64,000 nucleotides of DNA from Phycisphaerae bacterium (GTDB taxonomy: Bacteria; Planctomycetota; Phycisphaerae; UBA1845; PWPN01): NCBI GenBank assembly GCA_035384605.1, contig DAOOIV010000007.1, positions 50,420 to 114,419 on the forward strand, read 5' to 3'. The notes beneath the pieces are model-generated. The model was not told the origin of the DNA. It worked only from the letters and a program-made list of their open reading frames with translations, and did no database searches. A program made the position numbers and the translations under genes. Positions 57,309-64,000 of this stretch are shown here, one piece after another; position 1 is the first letter of the stretch, and the number at the start of each line of letters is the position of its first letter.

Positions 57309-58252
57309 CCGTCCGGGTCGGCGGCCTCAGGAAGAGCTACGGCGCGGTCGTCGCATTGGCCGGGGTCTCGTTCGATGTTCGACGCGGGAGAGTGTTCGCC
57401 TATCTTGGTCCCAACGGCGCGGGCAAGACGACGACCATCAACATCTTGTGCGGGCTGCTGGGCCGCGATGGCGGCGAGGTCTCGATACTCGGCCGGGACG
57501 TGGCCCACGACCCGGTCTTCGTGAAGAGCCGCATCGGCGTCGTGACCGAGAACTCCAACCTCTACCCCGAGCTGCGTTGCCGCAGGAACCTCCAGTACGT
57601 GGGCCAGCTCTATGGCCTGCCCCGCGCGGAGGGACGGAGCCGTGCCGCTGAGCTGATCGAGGGGTTCGGCCTGGCCGAGAAGGCGGACCAACCGTTCGGA
57701 GCGCTCTCGCGCGGCATGAAACGCCGCTTGACCGTTGCCGCCGCGCTGGTACATCGGCCGAAGGTGCTCTTTCTCGACGAGCCGACCACCGGCCTCGACG
57801 TGCCCAGCGCCAAGTCCCTGCGCGGACTCATCCGCCGAATCGTCGGTGGCGGGACTACTGTCTTCCTAACCACCCGCAACCTCTTCGAGGCCGAGGAACT
57901 GGCCGACGACGTGGCGGTGCTGATAGGCGGGCGAATCGTCGCGCGGGGGAGCGTGGCCGAAATCAAGGGGTGCGTCGGCCGAGCGCGGAGCGTCTCCGTC
58001 CGGTTCTCTGGTCCGGTTGACGCCGACATCCTCAAATCGGCCTGTCCCGCGATCCGCTCCGCGAAACTCCAGGACGGTTACTGGCGGCTCGACGTAGCCG
58101 ACCTGCACGAGGCGCTCGGCCAAGTCGTGGCGTTCTGCCGGCGGGAAGGCCTTCGCGTCGATGAGGTGGGCACGCGGGAACCGACGCTGGAGGACGCTTT
58201 CGTGTCGCTTCTGACCGAGAATGCGCAGGCGAACAGGAGGGACGAGTCGTGA
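57281..58252 (+). CDS. ABC transporter ATP-binding protein (ABC-2 type exporter)
   Basis: Walker A GPNGAGKTT. Signature LSRGMKRRL. Walker B VLFLDEPTTGLD. Proposed GTG start at 57281 with GAAGGA 6 nt upstream. The ORF track extends to 57170. Confidence 0.8.
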   Translation, partial: RQDEQEAQIAVRVGGLRKSYGAVVALAGVSFDVRRGRVFAYLGPNGAGKTTTINILCGLLGRDGGEVSILGRDVAHDPVFVKSRIGVVTENSNLYPELRCRRNLQYVGQLYGLPRAEGRSRAAELIEGFGLAEKADQPFGALSRGMKRRLTVAAALVHRPKVLFLDEPTTGLDVPSAKSLRGLIRRIVGGGTTVFLTTRNLFEAEELADDVAVLIGGRIVARGSVAEIKGCVGRARSVSVRFSGPVDADILKSACPAIRSAKLQDGYWRLDVADLHEALGQVVAFCRREGLRVDEVGTREPTLEDAFVSLLTENAQANRRDES

Positions 58253-58980
58253 GCCTGGTCGCCCGGGCGCTCGCCATCAGCTACAAGGACGTCGAGAGCT
58301 ACTACGGCAAGCCGCCACTGGTGACGTGGGGCCTGCTGTTTCCTGCCGTTCTGATCCTGGCCGTGTACCTGAAGGACAGGGCGGGGTATCTTGCGGTCGC
58401 GCCAGGGATCATCGGCATGACGCTGCTCTTCGGCAACACCTCGATGGCGGCCATCGTCATCACCTTCGAGAAGCGCAGCGGGACGTTGGAGCGGCTTCTC
58501 CTGGCCCCGCTCACCGCCCGCACCATCGTTCTCGGCAAGGCCCTGAGCGCGGCGGCCTACGGCATCGCGACGGCCGCTGTCCTGACGCTGGGGCTCGCTG
58601 CGCTGCTGGGCCTGCCGTTGGCCCGGCCTGGTGTCTTTGCGCTCGGGCTTGTGCTGGGCGCGGGGATGTTTTCGCTCATGGGGATCATCGCGTCGGTCTT
58701 GGTGAAAGAGGTCTTCGAGGCCATGACGCTGATGAATTTCTTCCGCTTCCCGTTGCTCTTCGTGAGCGGCGTCTTCATGCCCCTGTCGCAGATGCCCGAT
58801 TGGGTCAAACCCGTGGCGTACATCTCTCCGCTGACCCACGTGGTCGAACTCCTCCGGCTCGGTGCGTCCGGCGAGGCTTATTTCTCGTCGCCGTGGTTGC
58901 CGCTGGGGGTCTCGGTGGTATTTCTCGCCGCGTCTTGTGTGGTTGCAGGGCCCGCCTTCCGCAGGTACGCCACCCGCTGA
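58249..58980 (+). CDS. ABC-2 family transporter permease
   Basis: 6 TM helices. Overlaps the ATPase gene by 4 nt. Confidence 0.8.
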   Translation: MSLVARALAISYKDVESYYGKPPLVTWGLLFPAVLILAVYLKDRAGYLAVAPGIIGMTLLFGNTSMAAIVITFEKRSGTLERLLLAPLTARTIVLGKALSAAAYGIATAAVLTLGLAALLGLPLARPGVFALGLVLGAGMFSLMGIIASVLVKEVFEAMTLMNFFRFPLLFVSGVFMPLSQMPDWVKPVAYISPLTHVVELLRLGASGEAYFSSPWLPLGVSVVFLAASCVVAGPAFRRYATR

Positions 58981-59354
58981 GTGCCCGCCACTGCGGCCGG
59001 AGGCTGACCACCTACGAGAAGGGGGACGACTGAAGCGGGCACGTTTCTCCTGGAACATGGCCACCCGGGCGCGTTTTTCACGTCGCGCACACGTTTTTCT
59101 GGGCGGAGCCGCTCGTGTAACTGTTTTTCTTGGCCCGTAACTGTTTTTCCCGCGTGGTGGCCGGAAGGCTGTCACGCGGCGCGCGGTCGTCTCCGAGTCC
59201 GGCCATCGCGCGTAGCCGAGGATGTGCGACGGCCTACCAGGATGGGCTCTTCTTCAGAACAATCCAGATAGCCCCTTGACGGTGCCAGCCAAGGTGGGTA
59301 TTATTCTGTCCAGTTTTGGCCGTAAGTGGAAACCGTTTTTGCCAGGAGAAGGCC

Positions 59355-60668
59355 ATGCTGGAAACGCTCAAGACCATGATACTGGACGCGCAGGAGGCTC
59401 CGCTGGAGACGGGGGTGCCCCGCCGCCTGTCGATGAAGGCGGTTCCGGGCAAGGCGTCCGTGTGCATAGGGGTCCGCCGTAGCGGTAAGTCGACCTATCT
59501 GTTTCAGATCATGCAACGGCTGCTGGACCGCAAGGTTCCCCGCCAGAACATTCTCTATCTGAACTTCTTCGACGACCGCCTGCACGGGCTTCAGCAGGAG
59601 GGGCTCGGACACGTGGCCGAGGCGTACTACTCGCTCTACCCGCAGAAGAAGAACGCGGAGACGGTCTACTGCTTCTTCGACGAGATTCAGGTGGTCCCCA
59701 AGTGGGAGTCGTTCGTGGACCGTCTGATGCGGACGGAGAAGTGCGAAGTCTACCTGACCGGGTCGTCGTCGCGGATGCTGTCGAAGGAGATCGCCACCCA
59801 GATGCGCGGGCGCGCCCTGTCCTGGGAGCTGTTCCCCTTTTCGTTCCGCGAGTTCCTGGACTACAGGAAGGTGGAGGCTTCCGGCGAGCTTTCCACGAGG
59901 AAGCGTTTGCTCGTCCAGAAGGCCTTTGACGATTACTGGGAGACCGGTGGATTCCCCGAGGTGGCGGGGCTGGACCGCCCGCTTCGGATCAAGACGCATC
60001 AAGAGTACTTCCACGCTGTTCTCTTCCGGGACCTGGTCGAGCGGCACGACGTGTCCCATCCGAAGGCGGTCTCCGACCTGGCCCACTGGCTGATCGACAA
60101 CACCGCCTCTTTCTACACCATCAACCGGCTGACGGGCTATCTCAAGTCGCTGGGGCACAAGGTCCCCAAGTCGGTCGTGTCGGACTATCTGGCGTGGTTC
60201 GAGGACGCCTACTTCCTGTTCAGCGTCAGGCTGTTCGACGCGTCGCTGGCGCGCAGCCACGTCAACCCGAAGAAAGTCTACTGCGTCGATCACTCCATGG
60301 TCACTTCGGTTTCGTCCGGCGTTCTGGTCAATTCCGGCCACCTCCTGGAGAACCTCGTCTTCGTGGGACTGCGCAGGACCTGCCCTGATGTCTTCTATTA
60401 CAGGACCAGGACCGGGCGGGAGATCGACTTCATCCTCTCGCCGCGGGGGCGTCCACGCGCGCTGGTCCAAGTATGCGAGTCGTTGGTCGAACCGCAGACC
60501 AGGAAACGGGAACTCGCGGCCTTGGATGAAGCGATGTCCGAACTGGGCGTGCGAACAGGGACCATCGTCACGAGGGCCGAAAGCGAGCGGATCGAAGGCG
60601 AAAACGGAACCATCACGGTAGTTCCGGTCTGGCGGTTCCTGCTGGATCTCCCGGACACGCGGGAGTAG
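59355..60668 (+). CDS. AAA ATPase of the AAA_14/DUF4143 family
   Basis: Walker A GVRRSGKST. Walker B VYCFFDEIQ. C-terminal DUF4143-like region. AGGAGAAGG RBS upstream. Confidence 0.75.
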   Translation: MLETLKTMILDAQEAPLETGVPRRLSMKAVPGKASVCIGVRRSGKSTYLFQIMQRLLDRKVPRQNILYLNFFDDRLHGLQQEGLGHVAEAYYSLYPQKKNAETVYCFFDEIQVVPKWESFVDRLMRTEKCEVYLTGSSSRMLSKEIATQMRGRALSWELFPFSFREFLDYRKVEASGELSTRKRLLVQKAFDDYWETGGFPEVAGLDRPLRIKTHQEYFHAVLFRDLVERHDVSHPKAVSDLAHWLIDNTASFYTINRLTGYLKSLGHKVPKSVVSDYLAWFEDAYFLFSVRLFDASLARSHVNPKKVYCVDHSMVTSVSSGVLVNSGHLLENLVFVGLRRTCPDVFYYRTRTGREIDFILSPRGRPRALVQVCESLVEPQTRKRELAALDEAMSELGVRTGTIVTRAESERIEGENGTITVVPVWRFLLDLPDTRE

Positions 60669-60672
60669 GCGC

Positions 60673-62013
60673 ATGCGATTCCTGCTGATAAGCGACACCC
60701 ACGGGCGGCTCGGTGTCATCAACGAGTTGGCGGCCCGGACGCGGGCCGACGCCGTGATTCACGCCGGCGACCTCGGCTTCTACGACGATGGGAGCTCCGA
60801 GCGGCTTTCCGAGCGGGAGCTCCGGCTCCACGTCGCGCACTCGGACCTTCCGCAGCCCGAGAAGGATCGAATCCTTGGGCTTCCCCGCGCCGAGCAGACC
60901 GTCGCCGCCAAGGCCGCTTGTCTGCTCGGCGAATTCCAGTCCTACGTCGATGGGCGCGAATCGTTCCGTGTGCCGGTCTACACCGTATGGGGCAACCACG
61001 AGGACAAGGACGTCGTCGAACGGGTCTTCCGAGGCGATGTCAAGGTTGGAAACCTCCATGTTCTGCACCATCGCCAGGCATACAGGGTCGGGCCGGCACT
61101 CATCTACGGCCTGGGCGGGAATCTCCTGCCCGGGTCGAAGATGATGCAGAAACCCATCGCCGGTGGCGGCGGCAGGATTTGGAGCACGCTTTCTCAATAC
61201 GCCGACCTCGTGCGAGCCGCCGACAACGAGACGGACTGGCCCGGGCTGCGCCTCTTCGTTTCCCATGTCAGCCCGGGAAAAGAACCGTTCGTGGAACTCG
61301 TCGCGGCCAGGACGCGGGCGGACTTCACCATCAGCGGGCACATGGGGGCCCCGACCTGCATGGTGTGGAATCCGTTTGCGATCAACTCCGTCGAAGGGGC
61401 GGTCAAGCGGCTTCAGGATGGCCTGGAATCTGTAAGGCACGCCTGCCTGAACGCCGCCGGACAGGATGCGGCTCAGGTCGAAGATGTGCTCTCACTCGTC
61501 AGCCGGTTGCCGGAAGAGACCATCCATATCGGCCGGGGGGCCAAAGCCCCGCGATGGTATCGCCAGATGACCCACGTCAATCTCCCGGACGCACACGCAG
61601 GCCATGCCGTTCTGGACATCGCGGACGGCTCGGCCGCCCACCTCAAGAGCAGCGGCGGAGGTGCAGCCCAGATTCTCTGGAAGGACTCCGGCACCGGGGT
61701 CAAATGGGCCGTCGTGCGCTTGGGCCGCTGGTCACCGACGGTCTTCCCGGTGAACTTGACGCAAATCGGCGGTTCGCAGGGTGATCAAACCGAGCCCGCC
61801 ACGTGGAGGTATCAGGTAACAGACATAGTGACCGGCCAGGAGCTGGAGCCCAATGTCAACCCGGTTACTCCGCCGCACAACTGGGCGCGGCCTGCGGTCG
61901 GTCAAATGCGCCCGGCGACGTTCGGCTACGCCCACTACAACGCCCAGGGTCAGCTTGCGCTCGGTTGGATCAATGAGGTTGCCGAACAAGAAGGTTGCGA
62001 GGAGCCTTTGTAG
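60673..62013 (+). CDS. Calcineurin-like metallophosphoesterase with ~200-aa C-terminal extension of unknown function
   Basis: LLISDTHGR, HAGDLG, GNHED and GH metal-ligand motifs. Starts 5 nt after the ATPase stop. Confidence 0.7.
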   Translation: MRFLLISDTHGRLGVINELAARTRADAVIHAGDLGFYDDGSSERLSERELRLHVAHSDLPQPEKDRILGLPRAEQTVAAKAACLLGEFQSYVDGRESFRVPVYTVWGNHEDKDVVERVFRGDVKVGNLHVLHHRQAYRVGPALIYGLGGNLLPGSKMMQKPIAGGGGRIWSTLSQYADLVRAADNETDWPGLRLFVSHVSPGKEPFVELVAARTRADFTISGHMGAPTCMVWNPFAINSVEGAVKRLQDGLESVRHACLNAAGQDAAQVEDVLSLVSRLPEETIHIGRGAKAPRWYRQMTHVNLPDAHAGHAVLDIADGSAAHLKSSGGGAAQILWKDSGTGVKWAVVRLGRWSPTVFPVNLTQIGGSQGDQTEPATWRYQVTDIVTGQELEPNVNPVTPPHNWARPAVGQMRPATFGYAHYNAQGQLALGWINEVAEQEGCEEPL

Positions 62014-62028
62014 ACGGCAGGGAATGGC

Positions 62029-62655
62029 ATGTCATTGAGAGGACGAGCTGTTGTGCTGCCGAATGGCAAACGCGGAGTCTTGCCCTCCGGCAAGGTGGGG
62101 GTTTACAACACCGCTCATGAGTGCCCTGAATGCTGCCCGTACGAACACTTAGATTGGATTTTCTATGATTCCGGTATGATCGACGGCGGCCAGGACGGCG
62201 CCTACCGTGTTTATTCCAATCCTGAGTCGGTCCCCAAGAGCCCGTGGGTGCAACTCGCCAACGGGTTTACGCTGTATATGCGCTGGGAGGATGACTGGAA
62301 CTGTTGCGAACATAACCCTTATTACCAGTATGCTGGAGCTCAATGCTTTTTCGAGGTGCGGAACACTCTCTGGCTGACCATGAAATGGGGTGGGATGGCC
62401 GAAAAAGAAGACCCGAATTATGAACTCATGGATCTGTATCTCGATGGGACACGAGTCGCTTTTGCACATGCGCCTGGCGGGGGGCAAGGGTGTGAAGGCG
62501 GGATGGGGCCGATCGTATCCGATCCGGCACCACCTGTTGAACGAATACTCTATCCAGAAACCCATCGATTGACTATCGACTTGACGACCAATGACGAACG
62601 CTTTCATTTTGAACCGGCGGGTTACTGGTTCGAATTTGGGCTGGAACCGTTGTGA
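62029..62655 (+). CDS. Hypothetical Cys-rich protein, markedly low GC relative to flanks
   Basis: HECPECCPYEH, WNCCEHNPYYQY and GQGCEGG. Codon usage is AT-richer than neighbours. Confidence 0.5.
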   Translation: MSLRGRAVVLPNGKRGVLPSGKVGVYNTAHECPECCPYEHLDWIFYDSGMIDGGQDGAYRVYSNPESVPKSPWVQLANGFTLYMRWEDDWNCCEHNPYYQYAGAQCFFEVRNTLWLTMKWGGMAEKEDPNYELMDLYLDGTRVAFAHAPGGGQGCEGGMGPIVSDPAPPVERILYPETHRLTIDLTTNDERFHFEPAGYWFEFGLEPL

Positions 62656-62670
62656 GTTTGGGAGGCTGTC

Positions 62671-63051
62671 ATGAACCAACAACGTTTGATTACCTCGAGA
62701 CGATGTCGAGACTGTCCGCCGTTGGTCGTTCCGCGCAATGGGTATACCCCCAGCCGCCCGAGCTGCATCGAGTGCGTCGAGAAGCACTTGGGCGCGGCCT
62801 ATGTCCTGCTGACCGAGATGAACGATCTGCCAGACACCGAGGCTTCCCTGCGTCAGGGCTTCTCCCGCCGGCTCCGGGCCATCGGCCACCTTTTCGAGGC
62901 CGAGGATGAGTCCCAGCAGTGGCCCGACCTCCACGCCGCCATCCGCCAGGCCCGCAAAGCCTACCAGGCCGATGGCACGATGCCGGATTGGAATGCGCTT
63001 GATGGGATGCTTGGAGAGGTGCGCTGGCAGGCGCAAGAGGGTGCGGCGTAA
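62671..63051 (+). CDS. Hypothetical protein
   Basis: Intact ORF following the low-GC gene with a CRDCP...CIEC Cys pair. Confidence 0.4.
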   Translation: MNQQRLITSRRCRDCPPLVVPRNGYTPSRPSCIECVEKHLGAAYVLLTEMNDLPDTEASLRQGFSRRLRAIGHLFEAEDESQQWPDLHAAIRQARKAYQADGTMPDWNALDGMLGEVRWQAQEGAA

Positions 63052-63477
63052 TCACTCACCGTTGGCAGCCTGCTGCTCGGCCAAGAGTTGCTTCCACATT
63101 CGCCGCTGCTTGCGCCAATCGAGGACGGCGGCGATGGGGCGAAGATCGTGCTCGCGGATGGGGTCGCGGCCTTGAATGGTGCGGGGCAGGAACAGAACCT
63201 CCTCCTGGATGTCCGGGGCGAGGTTAAGGAGGTTCATGATCTGCGTGACGCGGGCGCGGGTGACGTGGCCCAGACGGGCCAAGTCGGCGTAGTCGGCCAC
63301 CTCGCCGTCCTTCAGGAGACGCTCCAGGCGCAGGGCCAACGCCATGAGCCGGGAAACACGTGGAATGCTCCCCGGCTCGGTGGTCGCGGTCGGTGCTTCG
63401 CCGCGCTCGAGCACCTTTCGCCGTCCGCGTCCGTGCCGGAAATGCACCGCGCTGGTGATGGTGAGTCCTCGAGTCAT
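63052..63477 (-). CDS. Small HTH protein downstream of the serine recombinase (possible recombination directionality/regulatory factor)
   Basis: ADYADLARLGHVTRARVTQIMNLLNLAPDIQEEVLFL is HTH-like. Start overlaps the recombinase stop (ATGA). Confidence 0.5.
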   Translation of the reverse strand: MTRGLTITSAVHFRHGRGRRKVLERGEAPTATTEPGSIPRVSRLMALALRLERLLKDGEVADYADLARLGHVTRARVTQIMNLLNLAPDIQEEVLFLPRTIQGRDPIREHDLRPIAAVLDWRKQRRMWKQLLAEQQAANGE

Positions 63478-64000
63478 ACGGCCACCTCCTTCCGCCTGGC
63501 CTCCTCGACCAACGCGCCAATCCCCGTCGGGTGGAACGTCACCGAGACCGTTCCCTTCTCGCCGTCGTAGTCCACCCGCTCGACGAGAAGCTGCATCACG
63601 CGAACCTGCTCGCGGGGCGAGAGGCTTTCCCAAACCGGGTCGAAGAGCGCCAGCGCCCTGGCGGCCTCCTTCTCGTCCACCAGCTCCCGCCCGAGGGCGA
63701 TGAGTTCCTCGCGGACCTGCGTGGCCCGCTGTTCGGCCGAGCGGATGCGGTCCTGGAGGTCCGCCATCCGGTCGGTCGCGGTCCCGTTGCGGCCGAGACG
63801 GCCTACCAGGTCGCGCATGTCGTCGTTGTCCCGCCGGAGGTCTCTCTCCAGCGCGGCCTGCTCGGCCTGGAGTTCCTCGACACGCCTTTGGGCCTGCTCC
63901 CGCGTTTGGCGGATGGTCTCAGCCACCACGGCCGGGTCGCGGCCCACGGCCCGCACCTGGTCCACCACGAACTTCTCAATCTCCGCCGCCGGGATGGACT
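63474..64000 (-). CDS. Large serine recombinase, C-terminal part (gene continues beyond the window end)
   Basis: Coiled-coil region followed by ...VMQLLVERVDYDGEKGTVSVTFHPTGIG. The open frame continues to position 64000. Confidence 0.5.
   Translation of the reverse strand, partial: SIPAAEIEKFVVDQVRAVGRDPAVVAETIRQTREQAQRRVEELQAEQAALERDLRRDNDDMRDLVGRLGRNGTATDRMADLQDRIRSAEQRATQVREELIALGRELVDEKEAARALALFDPVWESLSPREQVRVMQLLVERVDYDGEKGTVSVTFHPTGIGALVEEARRKEVAV

Overview
High-GC (~65%) bacterial chromosomal segment. Gene content (giant thrombospondin-type-3/Cys-repeat adhesin, CBM+dockerin protein, VKOR-DsbA fusions, oversized SecA with insertions) points to a Planctomycetota-like organism; this is inference, not a database result. 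The first ~55 kb is mostly housekeeping and envelope genes: partial S41 C-terminal protease, FolC, a 2053-aa secreted repeat protein, an OmpR/histidine-kinase pair, an OmpA-like lipoprotein, a CBM/dockerin exoprotein, an M48 peptidase, a DUF218 protein, a DUF2723 membrane glycosyltransferase-like protein, an NfeD-flotillin operon, an SSF transporter, SecA with a standalone SEC-C peptide and a LAB_N protein, ClpX, a PfkB-oxidoreductase-MFS sugar module, two tandem VKOR-DsbA fusion genes, and PurQ. The last ~9 kb (about 55.2-64.0 kb) looks like an integrated mobile-element remnant. It carries a frameshifted GpA-family phage terminase, an Ogr/Delta zinc-finger gene plus a second Ogr 3' fragment, an ArsR/Cys-rich peptide/ABC-2 exporter module, a DUF4143 AAA ATPase + metallophosphoesterase + a low-GC Cys-rich gene (candidate defence/cargo module), and an HTH gene followed by the 3' end of a large serine recombinase at the window edge. 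Non-coding structure: a ~93-bp dispersed repeat (4 copies, two in tandem), iteron-like 22-bp tandem arrays sharing a 17-nt core at two loci, and a recent 396-bp in-frame duplication inside the giant gene. The 6-frame track contains many long antisense ORFs typical of high-GC DNA; these were rejected. Coordinates read by eye (not from the ORF track) may be off by 1-2 nt.
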